Below are positions 8,406 through 18,813 of a DNA stretch of 53,216 nt, in pieces. The position numbers were made by a program, and so were the translations under genes. Numbering within the stretch: position 1 is the first letter of the stretch; every line of letters starts with the position of its first letter. Origin of the DNA: Candidatus Woesearchaeota archaeon (GTDB taxonomy: Archaea; Nanobdellota; Nanobdellia; Woesearchaeales; WJIZ01); NCBI GenBank assembly GCA_018221205.1, contig JAAOYF010000028.1, positions 1 to 53,216 of the forward strand, in the 5' to 3' direction. Under the pieces are notes generated by a model that saw nothing but the letters and a program-made list of their open reading frames with translations, made no database searches and was not told the origin of the DNA.

Positions 8406-9570
8406 TTTTCAAGGCTTCTAGCGCATCCAGTTTTCCAGAGGTGATATATTGGATGGATGCTCCCCCACCAGTCGAGACTTTTGCATCGACACCTTCAGCT
8501 GCAGCAGCCAAATCTCCTCCGCCGATGACTGCGTAGCCTTTTGTCTCTCCGATCGCTTTGACTATGGCCTGAGTGCCTTCCTTAAAATTGAATTCATAAG
8601 CGCCCATCGGTCCGAACCAGACAATGCGTTCAGCTTCTTTGATTGCAGCCATATCTTCTTCAGTCGGCAGGACATCAGCAATGATGTGGCCTTCCTCTAT
8701 ACCCTCTTTCGGGTTTATCACTGCTTCTTTCTTGAAGTCAGCTGTCGCTAACACTGCCTGTGTGGGAAAGATTATCTTCTCTTTCACCGCTCCCGAAATG
8801 ATATCATTAGCCTCTTTGCAATAGTCTTTTCCTTTCTCCTCGCATTTGGAGGAACCAATCTTAAATCCAGCAGCATTCATGAAGACATTGGCGACAACCC
8901 CTCCAAGGATGATCCTGTCGAATGTCTTAGAAAACTTCTTGACTGCTTTGATCTTTTCCTTCAGCTTTGCGCCTCCGATAACTGCGACACTTTTTCCTGT
9001 ACCTTCAACAATGGGTTTCCAAATAGAAAGTTCCTTGTCCATCAAAAAGCCAGCTGCTATCGGTTTTTTTTCTTTTGCCAAGGTCAAAGGAAGTCCGTAT
9101 GTTGAGGCATGGGCGCGATGGGCAGTGCCAAAGGCATCATTTATGTAGACATCTGAAAGTTTTGCAAGACCTGCTACAAATATTGCTTCATTTTCCTGCT
9201 CGCCAGCGTGGAATCTAAGATTCTCTAGCAGAACTACATCACCATCGTTCATCGCATCAACAACAGCTTCAGTCTCGGCTCCGACACAATCGGGCGCGAG
9301 CTTCACTGCTTTTCCTAGTTTTTCTGATAATTTTTCGGCAACTGGCTTGAGCGTGAAATCAGGATTCTTCTGGCCTTCTGGCCTGCCTAGATGAGACATA
9401 AGGATGGCTTTGCCTTTGTTCTCCATTATATATTTGATTGTCTCTAGAGGAGCATCAATCCTTGTGGTATCTTTTACTTTTCCTTCTTTTATCGGCACGT
9501 TCAGGTCCAATCGTACCAACACCTTCTTTCCTGCAAGATCAAGATCCTTTATCGTCTTATAGTCTGACAT
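8398..9570 (-). CDS. pgk: phosphoglycerate kinase
   Basis: VRLDLNVP, SHLGRP, LLENLRF, NDAFGTAHRAHAS, STGGGAS. Confidence 0.97.
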   Translation of the reverse strand: MSDYKTIKDLDLAGKKVLVRLDLNVPIKEGKVKDTTRIDAPLETIKYIMENKGKAILMSHLGRPEGQKNPDFTLKPVAEKLSEKLGKAVKLAPDCVGAETEAVVDAMNDGDVVLLENLRFHAGEQENEAIFVAGLAKLSDVYINDAFGTAHRAHASTYGLPLTLAKEKKPIAAGFLMDKELSIWKPIVEGTGKSVAVIGGAKLKEKIKAVKKFSKTFDRIILGGVVANVFMNAAGFKIGSSKCEEKGKDYCKEANDIISGAVKEKIIFPTQAVLATADFKKEAVINPKEGIEEGHIIADVLPTEEDMAAIKEAERIVWFGPMGAYEFNFKEGTQAIVKAIGETKGYAVIGGGDLAAAAEGVDAKVSTGGGASIQYITSGKLDALEALKTT

Positions 9571-9675
9571 AACGTCACCCCTTGAATCAATTGAAGATTG
9601 GTCCTATATAAATATTCTTACAGTATTGTGTAGTAATGCAAACTTTTTTATATCATTTTTATGGGGAGAACAGTG

Positions 9676-10260
9676 ATGAAAGAAATGCGAAAGAAGCTGC
9701 TCCTTTTCCTTTTAGCAGTTGTCAGCATAGTGCTTATCGTGGAATTTATCTTTATCCTGTATAAACTTAATCCCTTAGAGTATCTCAAGACCCTTCCTAT
9801 CATCAGAGAGATCATCACTGCAGTGGTACTTCTTCTCGAGAATAAGAATTATGTGGGTGTGTATCTATTCTTTGCTTCTGCTGCCCTGTTCTTCTTTCCC
9901 TCTCCACTGGAACTGTTCTATTATGGATTTCTTCAGCAGGACTTTTCCTTTCTGCCGTTGTATGCTGCAACTTTGCTGGGAATCCTGACAGCACAGCATA
10001 TCAATTATGGCCTTGGAAGATTTTTCGGGAAATTACTCAGGAAATGGGTGAACGAGAAGACCATCGCTAAATATCAACGGAAGATCGAGAAACAGGGGCA
10101 TTACTTCATCCTGGTCATGCATGCTTTTCCTCTGCCTTATGCCATCTTCAATTTCGTCGTCGGACTATCGCATTATAGATATGGAAAATGGCTGGCCATG
10201 GCTGTGAGTGGATTGATGTTCAATTTTGTCTTAATCTATTCGATATTTCTCCTGTTCTAG
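9676..10260 (+). CDS. DedA/VTT-domain membrane protein
   Basis: PSPLE, INYGLGR, PLPYAIFNFVVG pattern; several TM segments. Confidence 0.75.
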   Translation: MKEMRKKLLLFLLAVVSIVLIVEFIFILYKLNPLEYLKTLPIIREIITAVVLLLENKNYVGVYLFFASAALFFFPSPLELFYYGFLQQDFSFLPLYAATLLGILTAQHINYGLGRFFGKLLRKWVNEKTIAKYQRKIEKQGHYFILVMHAFPLPYAIFNFVVGLSHYRYGKWLAMAVSGLMFNFVLIYSIFLLF

Positions 10261-10370
10261 AAAAAGGCCTTCAGCGAAAGATAGAGAATGATCATGAAAC
10301 CGATGAAGACCGTTATTTCTGAGGAAAGCCTTGCGAAATGAAGCAGCCTGACGTAGGATTCATTCTTCAA
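10257..10370 (-). CDS. 37-aa single-TM microprotein after atpD of operon B: (M)[36 protein letters not shown]
   Basis: TTG start with SD AAGGTGAT, overlaps the atpD end; hydrophobic C-terminal half. Confidence 0.6.
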   Translation of the reverse strand: MKNESYVRLLHFARLSSEITVFIGFMIILYLSLKAFF

Positions 10371-10962
10371 CCTTGATCACCTTCAATCTTGAGAACTCTT
10401 CTCTGGCGCGCTCTTCTAATCTGAAAGATATCCTTTTTGCTGTTTTCTTCAATCTGGGTAGGGTATGAAATTCTAAAGAGTTCACTCTTCTCTTTGTCTT
10501 CTGGATATGGTCTGCAAGCTTCTTCAGTTTGAGCTGCTTCTCGGCGAGAGTCATGATACTGGGGAATAACGCACGGTATTTGACCAATGCATTATCTAAT
10601 TCTACACTTTGGTCGAAATAACCAGGCCATTGATATTTCACCTCTAATTTGTCTATCTTCGGCACGGTGACACCCATGATCTTCTCCTGGGAGATATGAA
10701 AGGTAGAGTCTTCAGCCAACCCTAAAGAAAGGCGGTCGATATCGACCCTTCCTTCAATCGCGATGGCGTTGTATAAAGAAGCACGGGCTTTTCCCAGCTC
10801 TCCTGCGATCTTTCCCCTGGCCTCTTTGATCTCTTTCAGGACTTTGAAGAATTCCATGATCAATGCATCTCTTTTCTGCTTGAGGAGCTTATGGCCGCGG
10901 TCTGCCATATCGATCCTTTTCCTTGTCTTCAGCAATTCCATCCGGGTCGGTTTAGTTTGCAT
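10360..10962 (-). CDS. atpD: A/V-type ATPase subunit D (operon B)
   Basis: [29 protein letters not shown]. Confidence 0.95.
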   Translation of the reverse strand: MQTKPTRMELLKTRKRIDMADRGHKLLKQKRDALIMEFFKVLKEIKEARGKIAGELGKARASLYNAIAIEGRVDIDRLSLGLAEDSTFHISQEKIMGVTVPKIDKLEVKYQWPGYFDQSVELDNALVKYRALFPSIMTLAEKQLKLKKLADHIQKTKRRVNSLEFHTLPRLKKTAKRISFRLEERAREEFSRLKVIKVEE

Positions 10963-12322
10963 AGTACTTCTCGATGAATTCTTTGGAGATCCTCTTCAAT
11001 TCTTCTTTGGGCAAGGTAGAAAGAAGCTGCCAGGCTTTTTTCAACGACTCCTCTATAGGGCGATCCTCATCATAGCTCTGATTGATGAATTCATGCTCGA
11101 ATGTATCGGCGAAATCAAGATACTTCAAGTCGAGCTCTGTCAAGGATTCTTTTCCTATGACAGCAACCAAATCTCTTAGCGAGCGGCCGCGGGCATAGCC
11201 AGCATATAGTTGATTGGACACATCTGCATGGTCCTCTCTTGTATGGCCTTTGCCTATTCCATGGGCCATCAATCTTGATAATGAAGGAAGTACATCATTC
11301 GGCGGATAGATCCCTTTATGCTGCATATCCCTGGAAAGGACAAACTGGCCCTCTGTGATATAGCCTGTCAGATCCGGAATGGGGTGGGTTATGTCATCAT
11401 CAGGCATGGATATGATGGGCACCTGGGTGAGAGAGCCTTTTCTTCCTTTAATGCGGCCGGCCCTTTCGTATAATGACGCAAGATCAGTGTACATGTATCC
11501 TGGATAGCCCCTTCTTCCTGGAATCTCATTCCTTGCTGCAGAGACCTCTCTCAGCGCTTCACAATAATTTGTCATATCAGTCAGGATAGCGAGAACATGC
11601 ATGTCTTTCTCGAACGCGAGATATTCGGCAGCACTCAACGCAATCCTCGGAGTGATTATCCTCTCGATAGCAGGATGATTTGCGAGATTGAGGAACAAGA
11701 TAGTATTCTGCAACGCGCCAGATTCCCTGAACTCATTCCTGAAGAACTGGGCCTCTTCGTGCGTTATGCCCATGGCCACAAACACCACAGCGAAATTCTC
11801 CTCTTTCGCAAGGACTTTTGCCTGTTTGACTATCTGAGCAGCAATCTTATTATGAGGAAGGCCTGCGCCTGAGAAAATGGGCAATTTCTGACCTCTTACG
11901 AGTGTGTTCATCAGATCTAAAGCAGATATTCCTGTCTGGATGAATTCTTTTGGATATTCTCTCCTGAACGGATTGATCGCAAGACCGTTGACATCGATAC
12001 GTTTCTCCGGGATGATATCTGGCTGGCCGTCAATCGGCTCGCCAAGACCATTGAACATCCTTCCTAACATCTCAGGACTGACATTCAGCTTCATCGTATC
12101 TGCGGTGAAGCGTACCCTGGTCTTGAGGGTGTCAATTCCAGAGGTGCCCTGAAAGATCTGCACCACAGCTTTTCCTTTCTCTACTTGCAAGACCTGGCCG
12201 AGCCGTCTTTGATCATCGGCAGTGATGATCTCAACAATCTCGCCGAATGCAACATCCTCTATGCCTTCGACTACGATGAGCGGGCCTTTCACATCGGTAA
12301 CAGAGCTATATTCCTTTATCAT
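10952..12322 (-). CDS. atpB: A/V-type ATPase subunit B (operon B)
   Basis: [38 protein letters not shown]. Confidence 0.97.
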   Translation of the reverse strand: MIKEYSSVTDVKGPLIVVEGIEDVAFGEIVEIITADDQRRLGQVLQVEKGKAVVQIFQGTSGIDTLKTRVRFTADTMKLNVSPEMLGRMFNGLGEPIDGQPDIIPEKRIDVNGLAINPFRREYPKEFIQTGISALDLMNTLVRGQKLPIFSGAGLPHNKIAAQIVKQAKVLAKEENFAVVFVAMGITHEEAQFFRNEFRESGALQNTILFLNLANHPAIERIITPRIALSAAEYLAFEKDMHVLAILTDMTNYCEALREVSAARNEIPGRRGYPGYMYTDLASLYERAGRIKGRKGSLTQVPIISMPDDDITHPIPDLTGYITEGQFVLSRDMQHKGIYPPNDVLPSLSRLMAHGIGKGHTREDHADVSNQLYAGYARGRSLRDLVAVIGKESLTELDLKYLDFADTFEHEFINQSYDEDRPIEESLKKAWQLLSTLPKEELKRISKEFIEKYYAN

Positions 12323-13979
12323 ATTTCATCCTAGCTAATTTTTCATCCATCTTCGGATCCTTCAATTCTGACAGTTTCTTTCCTTGCTTGATATCTTTCA
12401 TCAGCTTTTCATGATATTCTAAGATCTCTTTCAGCATAAAGAACTGCTTTTTCGGAGCGCAATAGGAGTCTACTTTATCATAGGCATTCTGCTGCAGGAA
12501 ATCCTCTCTCAGTCTTTTTGTTGTGTCTAAGACGAGCTTGTCCTCTTCTGGAAGAGCATCTGGGCCGACCAATTGCACAATCTCCTGCAATTCTTCTTCT
12601 TTCTGAAGAAGGGCAAAGGCTTTCTCCCGTAGCTCTGGGAATTGCGGATCCACCTTAAGATAGAACTCTTTTACATCGTCGGCATATAGTGAATACGAGG
12701 TGAGCCAGTTGACAGCTGGAAAATGCCTTTGATATGCGAGAGGTGCGTCCAGTCCCCAGAAGACTTTTGTTATTCTCAGCGTATTTTGGGTAACGGGCTC
12801 TGAGAAGTCGCCTCCAGGGGGAGAGACAGCACCAATAACAGAGATAGAGCTTTCAGCATCATTAAGGGTGAGCACATTTCCTGCACGTTCATAGAACTCA
12901 GCAAGTTTCGAAGACAGGTAGGCAGGATAGCCTTCCTCTCCTGGCATCTCCTCCAATCGTGAAGAGATCTCTCTCAATGCTTCAGCCCATCTTGAGGTTG
13001 AATCTGCCATCAACGCCACATTGAAACCTTGGTCGCGAAAATACTCTGCAATCGTTATTCCAGTATAGATAGAGGCTTCTCTTGCTGCTACAGGCATATT
13101 TGAGGTGTTGGCGATCAAAACTGTTCTTTCCATCAATGGCTTATTGGTGCGGGGATCCATCAATCTTGGAAAATCATTCAGCACTTCTGTCATCTCATTT
13201 CCTCGTTCGCCGCAGCCGATATAGACGACAATATCTGCATCAACCCATTTTGCCAGCTGATGCTGGGATATGGTCTTTCCTGCTCCAAAAGGACCGGGAA
13301 TACAGGCTGTTCCGCCTTTTGCCAATGGGAAGAACGTATCAAATACCCTTTGTCCTGAAATCAATGGCTGTGAAGGGGTGAGCTTCTTCTTGATCGGTCT
13401 TGGTACTCGGACAGGCCAGCTCTGGCTCAAGGTTATCTCCTCTATACCCTTCTTTGTCTCTATTTTCGCAACAACACTCTCTGCCCTATGCACACCTTCA
13501 TAGATCTCTATCAATCTGCCTTCTTTGTCCGGAGGCACCATTATCTTATGCTGGATCAGCTCGGTTTCAGGAACGTGACCAATGACCTGACCAGGTAAAA
13601 GTGGGGTGCCCGGATGGACATTGGCCTTAAATTCAAATTCCTGTTCCTTGCTTAAGGAAGATGCTTCTATACCACGCTCAATAAAATCTCCAGACTGCGT
13701 AGCGAGATAGGGCAGAGGTCTGCCAATACCGTCGAGAATGCTGCCTAATAAGCCTGGGCCAAGATCGATGCTCAAGGGCAACCCTGTTGTCTCGATCTTC
13801 TCATCCGGTTTCAAACCTGTTGTATCTTCATAGACCTGTATAACCGCTAAGTCTCCTTTCAATTGGATGATCTCTCCAATCAGACCTTCTTCTCCTACTT
13901 TGACTACATCAAACATCCTAGAACCTTTCATGCCTTCCCCTATCACAACAGGTCCGGAAATCTTGTTGATGAATCCCAT
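12306..13979 (-). CDS. atpA: A/V-type ATPase catalytic subunit A (operon B)
   Basis: [36 protein letters not shown]. Confidence 0.97.
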   Translation of the reverse strand: MGFINKISGPVVIGEGMKGSRMFDVVKVGEEGLIGEIIQLKGDLAVIQVYEDTTGLKPDEKIETTGLPLSIDLGPGLLGSILDGIGRPLPYLATQSGDFIERGIEASSLSKEQEFEFKANVHPGTPLLPGQVIGHVPETELIQHKIMVPPDKEGRLIEIYEGVHRAESVVAKIETKKGIEEITLSQSWPVRVPRPIKKKLTPSQPLISGQRVFDTFFPLAKGGTACIPGPFGAGKTISQHQLAKWVDADIVVYIGCGERGNEMTEVLNDFPRLMDPRTNKPLMERTVLIANTSNMPVAAREASIYTGITIAEYFRDQGFNVALMADSTSRWAEALREISSRLEEMPGEEGYPAYLSSKLAEFYERAGNVLTLNDAESSISVIGAVSPPGGDFSEPVTQNTLRITKVFWGLDAPLAYQRHFPAVNWLTSYSLYADDVKEFYLKVDPQFPELREKAFALLQKEEELQEIVQLVGPDALPEEDKLVLDTTKRLREDFLQQNAYDKVDSYCAPKKQFFMLKEILEYHEKLMKDIKQGKKLSELKDPKMDEKLARMKYDKGI

Positions 13980-14257
13980 CAGAGCTGCACTTCTCCGCCG
14001 ATGGCTTTCCTTGTTATCTCCTGCAGGTCATCTATCTTTGAAAAATCCTTCAATGTATCTGGAAATACAATGACATTCTCGTACTCTTTCAATTCAGGAA
14101 CAAGATCCATGATATCTACAGTGGCTATGATAAAGGCATCTTTGTCCATCTTCTTGAGCAATGAGATCGCCTGCACTCTTGAGGAGACGGCATGGCTGTT
14201 CTTTATGCCTGCCAGTCTCAATCCGAGGGCGAACTCCTCATTCGCCAAGACGATCAT
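13979..14257 (-). CDS. atpF: A/V-type ATPase subunit F (operon B)
   Basis: GLRLAGI, ITRKAIG; operon position. Confidence 0.9.
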   Translation of the reverse strand: MIVLANEEFALGLRLAGIKNSHAVSSRVQAISLLKKMDKDAFIIATVDIMDLVPELKEYENVIVFPDTLKDFSKIDDLQEITRKAIGGEVQL

Positions 14258-15318
14258 ATGACCATCTCCTTCAGTTCTTTCTTATCGAGCTGTGCTGTAA
14301 TGCCTTTTGCGATGATGAGCAGATTGCGGAATTCCATCCTTTTCTTTGTGAGATAGGAGACCAACGGATAGGGGCCGATAGGATGTGAGAGATCTTCCTT
14401 CGAGACACTCGTTAAAAACCACCTATGCAGTTCCTGTTCGAAGCTGTAGAAATTGTCTGTCTTGTTGTATTTGGCCAAGGCGTTCTGCAGCGGCTGTTCT
14501 AATTCAGTAGACTCGAACGCATTGACGAATTCTTCCATGGTCTTCGCGTTGATCGCTTTTTCCTTCAGGGGAGAGTCAAGCTGCACTTTTTTCTGGATCT
14601 CTTTTTGTTTTCGTATCTTGCATTTCAAGAGCATGAGGATATTCTTGATGAGTTTTCTTTTTGCGAATATTCCTGCGATATGGTCCCTATCAGCGACCCT
14701 TAGTCCAGAGAGCGACTCATCAATGCCCTTCATCACTGTCTCTTCTAATGCAAGATCAAATTCCTCTATTGAGCTGATCTTCTGGTCGAAGATCTTTTCA
14801 TATTCGGTATTGTGCAAGACCAGCTGCACATCTGCAAGAGTCTTTGTCTGATGAAGCCTTGTCAGCAGCACTGGATTGATCGATCCTATGGGCTCGACTA
14901 AACTCTTGTCTAGGTGGGTATTGGAGAATCGGGATCGGAAGAATGTCTTTAAGATGCGGCCTTCATAGATCTTGTCATAAGCATCAAATACGGGCTGGAA
15001 CTTTTTCGGAGAAAGATTTTTTGTGTTCTGGATGGATTGGATGAATCCCTGCTCTACAGCCATAGAGAATTCCAGCAGGCTTTTCTTGTTGATTGTCCTG
15101 AGGAACTCCTGGGAATCAGTATTGTTCAGCTTAGCGACCAATTCAGGCAAGGAATCGCACTCTGCAAGTTTAAGGCATGCGTCATGATCCAGAACAGCAC
15201 GTGATATGATCCTTGCGTTGGCATAGAGGAAAGAGCTCTGGCTGGCATTCTTATACAGGACAATACCTAGCGCAGCACCGGTAACTGCTGTTATGCCTAA
15301 TGCGAGCTCAGCTACCAT
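14254..15318 (-). CDS. atpC: A/V-type ATPase subunit C (operon B), N-terminal hydrophobic helix
   Basis: YANARI, YLTKKRMEFRNLLIIAKG; operon position. Confidence 0.9.
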   Translation of the reverse strand: MVAELALGITAVTGAALGIVLYKNASQSSFLYANARIISRAVLDHDACLKLAECDSLPELVAKLNNTDSQEFLRTINKKSLLEFSMAVEQGFIQSIQNTKNLSPKKFQPVFDAYDKIYEGRILKTFFRSRFSNTHLDKSLVEPIGSINPVLLTRLHQTKTLADVQLVLHNTEYEKIFDQKISSIEEFDLALEETVMKGIDESLSGLRVADRDHIAGIFAKRKLIKNILMLLKCKIRKQKEIQKKVQLDSPLKEKAINAKTMEEFVNAFESTELEQPLQNALAKYNKTDNFYSFEQELHRWFLTSVSKEDLSHPIGPYPLVSYLTKKRMEFRNLLIIAKGITAQLDKKELKEMVI

Positions 15319-15844
15319 AGAATAACCTCCTCGCTATCTTATTTCTCAGCTCTTGCTTCTGTGCTTCAAGGAATCTCGTAAAGGTGAAATCCAATGTCAA
15401 TGTATCTTTCTCAATGGTGATCCCGTTTATGCTGGTGTCAATCTGTATATCTGGAAATAAACCCCTATATTCTTCGAACGTCCCCCTCACCTTGCCTTCT
15501 CCAGATGATCTCTTGACCCGTTCAATATATTCTGGATTCTTCAGCACTTGTCCGGATCGTTCTTCGGCCTGTTTGAAGGCTTCAATGAGCAGATCTTCCC
15601 TTTTCTGCTCATATTCCTTTTTCGCATGCAGCACCTCGTCAGCCATAGTAGAGGTATAGACTTTCTTCTCTTCATTGATCATCTCAGATTCTTTCTTTCT
15701 TAACGCGATGTCGTGGTCTGAGTCGATAGACAAGCGGTCTTTGGTGAAAAGCTCAAGCTGCTCTTTCTCGAAATCATCAAGAAGCTTCTGATAGTGCTTC
15801 TTGAGCTCCTCTCTGAGCAGTTCAAGATTTCCAGCAGTGTTCAT
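15308..15844 (-). CDS. atpE: A/V-type ATPase subunit E (operon B), divergent
   Basis: Helical N-terminus, GITI..LDFTF..L C-terminus; position between K and C. Confidence 0.85.
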   Translation of the reverse strand: MNTAGNLELLREELKKHYQKLLDDFEKEQLELFTKDRLSIDSDHDIALRKKESEMINEEKKVYTSTMADEVLHAKKEYEQKREDLLIEAFKQAEERSGQVLKNPEYIERVKRSSGEGKVRGTFEEYRGLFPDIQIDTSINGITIEKDTLTLDFTFTRFLEAQKQELRNKIARRLFYGS

Positions 15845-16323
15845 CCCAACACTCCAAGACCTACGACAAGCAAGATCAATGAGACGATAAAGCCGAAGAT
15901 AGCTGGCGTTTCACACTGGCCGCCAAAGATCAAGCTTGGCGCAAAGGCATCTGGATTCTTTGCGGAGCTCACTATCCCTGATGCAGCCACTGTTCCCTGG
16001 AAGATGGCAGAGATGCCTGTTATGGCGACTATGGCTCCTGCGCCGAACATCGCCAATCCTTGAAGGGTGGTGAGACTCTTGACACTGCCGCCGAGCAGAC
16101 CCGCACCCATGAGGATCAAGAGTGCGGTGATGAACGCATACACCGTCTGTGTCTGCGGCAGGGCCTGTAGGATCAAAGCTGAACGGAAGTTCTCTTTTTT
16201 TTCTGCGACCGCGCCGGTTCCTGCCAAGCCTGCAGTCTTCAATCCGAAGACTGTACTCAGACCTGCCACTCCCATTGCTAAAGCTGCTCCTGAAATTGCC
16301 CAAATTGTACCTTCAGTTACCAT
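15841..16323 (-). CDS. atpK: A/V-type ATPase proteolipid K, 4-TM duplicated form with Na+-binding motif
   Basis: LPQTQTVY, IFQG and CET; one carboxylate per 4 TM, as in E. hirae NtpK. Confidence 0.95.
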   Translation of the reverse strand: MVTEGTIWAISGAALAMGVAGLSTVFGLKTAGLAGTGAVAEKKENFRSALILQALPQTQTVYAFITALLILMGAGLLGGSVKSLTTLQGLAMFGAGAIVAITGISAIFQGTVAASGIVSSAKNPDAFAPSLIFGGQCETPAIFGFIVSLILLVVGLGVLG

Positions 16324-18202
16324 TTTCTATACCTCCGAATGGAACATATTTTTTTCCTTGTCCTTCATAGAATTTTGAGAAAAACTCAAGAAAGTGAAGC
16401 CTGATGGAGTGAACAAATGCACCTAAGCCATTCATCGCCAGATTGAAGAGATGGCCTATGATGAACACCATAGGGGCAGCTATCTTCCCTACAAAAGGAA
16501 TGCCCCATACCATCAGCGTCATGAAATTTACCGCTAATGCGATGCCTGCAGTCCCTACAGCAAGTGCCATCAATCTGCCATAGGAGAATAAATCTCCTAT
16601 GAAGCCAGTGAAATTGAACACTGATAAGAGAGAGGGAACAACTCCTGCTTCGTCATAGGTGAGACCTACCTGGAATACGAGCGAGAGCAAGAGCAAGCTG
16701 TAGCCGAATACAGGAATCTGCAGCACAAACATGATCAAAGAGAAGAGGAATAGAATCCACACCCCCTGCTTATGCAATGCGTCTTTGACTTTCTTCTTCT
16801 TCATATTTTCAAAAAAACCTACTGCCAATCCGGTGAAGAGATGGATTGCGCCAAGAGCAATTGCAATAACCAAGATGGTCGTGATGCTTCCCAACGAATC
16901 AAGGAGTTGAGGGACATTAAATCCTACTCGTTGAAAGAAATCTCCGAAATAGGAGCCGAAAAAACTTCCTAAGACAGCAGTAAAGATACCGAATGTTGTC
17001 AGGATGAGGCCGATATCTTTTGTTCTTCTATCATAGCTTCCTTTTCCCCTTATCAGGAGGAGGCCCAAGGCCAATAGGACGAAGCCATAGACGACATCAG
17101 TCAGCATGAAGCCGAAGAAGAATGAAAAGGTGATGGCAAGTATCGGAGTCGGGTCGATGTCCTTATAGCGGGGCAGGGAATAGAGTTCAGTGAACAGCTC
17201 GAACGGCTTGATGATCCTTGGATTTTTCAGCAGCGTAGGAGCATCTTCTGCTTCTTCATAGCTCAGATGGAACCCTTTGGCCTCTCGTCCGATGACATAT
17301 TCGAATTCATCCTTGTTCTTTTCAGGGAGCCAGCAGTCCAGTACAGAGAAAGATTCGGCTCCTTTGAGCATCTCTAAGGCAGTTATCTTCTCCTTCCAGA
17401 TATTCAACTCTTTCAGGAACGAATCGAGCAGGCGATGATTGGCCACAAAGAGACGGTATTGATCTTTCATTATCCTGTTTTCCTCTTGCAAGAGCTTCAG
17501 ATTCTCATCTTTTAATGTCTTTATTCTCAGATGAGGAAGGATACCTTCTTTCGACAATTGCAAGGCATCAAAACCGACAGTATGCAGGCCTGATTCGATC
17601 TTCTGCGCATCCTCATGCAGGCAGACGACAATAAGCAGGCAGACCTTCTCATCAATGGGTTTGGTGAGTATGATGGCTCTTTCCAATGATAGGCGATGTT
17701 GAGCTGAGTAGGAGATTATTCCGGCGAATTTCCTGAAAAACTGTGAATCTGCCAGCGCATCTAGCTTGATATCAGGCAGATATCTCAGATTCTCTATCTC
17801 ATAATCGTTCTTGTTCCTGTTTTCCTGGATAGCCTTGACCCTCTGTGCATTCTTTTTAACACGGTCTTCCATAGTATCGAGAATATCTGTTATTTCCCCG
17901 AACAATTCCTCTTTTTTCAGCTGGGCGACACTTTTCAGCGTGGTCTTTTTTGAGAAGAGGTCCTTGAAGAAATTCTTGGGGGTCGCTTTGCTATACTGGC
18001 CAAGGGTCTCTTTGAGGAATTTGACGCGGGCATAGAGGTTGATAGTCTGCTGCTCGTCTTCATCAAGGCTCTGCTCATCCAGATTCACTTCTGATTTTGT
18101 TAGTTGGCAGATGCCCTGCTTGTATAATGCAGAGATGACCTCTTGAGCATGGTCTTTAGGCAGAATCACTGAAGTCCTCACTATCTTTTCTGGCTTAAAC
18201 AT
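16313..18202 (-). CDS. atpI: A/V-type ATPase subunit I (operon B)
   Basis: PTLLKNP, IDPT, SYGRLMAL (essential Arg), HSIRLHFLEFFSKFY. Confidence 0.96.
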   Translation of the reverse strand: MFKPEKIVRTSVILPKDHAQEVISALYKQGICQLTKSEVNLDEQSLDEDEQQTINLYARVKFLKETLGQYSKATPKNFFKDLFSKKTTLKSVAQLKKEELFGEITDILDTMEDRVKKNAQRVKAIQENRNKNDYEIENLRYLPDIKLDALADSQFFRKFAGIISYSAQHRLSLERAIILTKPIDEKVCLLIVVCLHEDAQKIESGLHTVGFDALQLSKEGILPHLRIKTLKDENLKLLQEENRIMKDQYRLFVANHRLLDSFLKELNIWKEKITALEMLKGAESFSVLDCWLPEKNKDEFEYVIGREAKGFHLSYEEAEDAPTLLKNPRIIKPFELFTELYSLPRYKDIDPTPILAITFSFFFGFMLTDVVYGFVLLALGLLLIRGKGSYDRRTKDIGLILTTFGIFTAVLGSFFGSYFGDFFQRVGFNVPQLLDSLGSITTILVIAIALGAIHLFTGLAVGFFENMKKKKVKDALHKQGVWILFLFSLIMFVLQIPVFGYSLLLLSLVFQVGLTYDEAGVVPSLLSVFNFTGFIGDLFSYGRLMALAVGTAGIALAVNFMTLMVWGIPFVGKIAAPMVFIIGHLFNLAMNGLGAFVHSIRLHFLEFFSKFYEGQGKKYVPFGGIENGN

Positions 18203-18509
18203 TTTTCAGAAACTCCTCAAAGATGATATTGATGGCATCATTAATCCTGTTTTTGACAGCATCAAGCTGGTGTATCTTCTCGCTATAGGACTGTCTCAAT
18301 GAAGATGCTTCTTTCTTTGCCTCTTCCTGGGCTTTTTTCACCAGATTATGTTTGTAAGAGGATAGTTCAAAGAGCTCCATATGGTTCTTATCAAGAAGCT
18401 CTTTCTTCTGCTGCGAGAGGATATCTAGAAAGACCCTTTTTTTCTGCTCAAACGCTGACTCTTGACTCTTCTCGAAGAGTTGTAGCTCTTCCAGTACTGA
18501 AATGTCCAT
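18195..18509 (-). CDS. atpH: A/V-type ATPase subunit H/G (operon B)
   Basis: 104-aa charged helix preceding atpI; SD GGGGTGA. Confidence 0.75.
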   Translation of the reverse strand: MDISVLEELQLFEKSQESAFEQKKRVFLDILSQQKKELLDKNHMELFELSSYKHNLVKKAQEEAKKEASSLRQSYSEKIHQLDAVKNRINDAINIIFEEFLKNV

Positions 18510-18513
18510 CCGT

Positions 18514-18553
18514 CACCCCTTTTTATATCTCTTCTCGGAAGGGGTGTTTTTAA
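18514..18553 (-). promoter_or_regulatory. operon B promoter (TTTAAAAA) with inverted repeat CACCCCTT/AAGGGGTG covering the SD
   Basis: Arms at 18514-18521 and 18539-18546; TATA at 18553-18546. Confidence 0.55.
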
Positions 18554-18555
18554 AT

Positions 18556-18651
18556 CTTTTGCTAGAGATTTTTCGAAAATCTCGCAAAAGAGCACACAGG
18601 GTATTTCGCTTCGCTCAATACCCTAAGGCAACCCCTCGTCGAGCAGCGCCA
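18556..18651. repeat. multi-hairpin intergenic element, copy 1
   Basis: CTTTTGC/GAGATTTT..AAAATCTC/GCAAAAG hairpin, GAGCACAC, AGGGTATT..AATACCCT hairpin, GGCAACCCCTCGTCGAGCAGCGCCA (21/25 identical to 50109-50133). Confidence 0.7.
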
Positions 18652-18675
18652 ACTCCTACTTAAGTGGACTATTTG

Positions 18676-18813
18676 TTATAAGAACTTTTTAAAGAATACG
18701 ACGATTAAGGTAACGAACAAGGCAAGAACAACAGCATTTATCAATGCGACAATCAGCCAGAATTTAGTTGACGGCTTCTTTAGCCAATTCTTGAATCTTT
18801 TCCAGCGCTTCAT
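18676..18813 (-). CDS. 45-aa single-TM microprotein after atpD of operon A: MKRWKRFKNWLKKPSTKFWLIVALINAVVLALFVTLIVVFFKKFL
   Basis: ATGA overlap with the atpD stop; basic amphipathic N-terminus plus TM helix. Confidence 0.7.
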   Translation of the reverse strand: MKRWKRFKNWLKKPSTKFWLIVALINAVVLALFVTLIVVFFKKFL

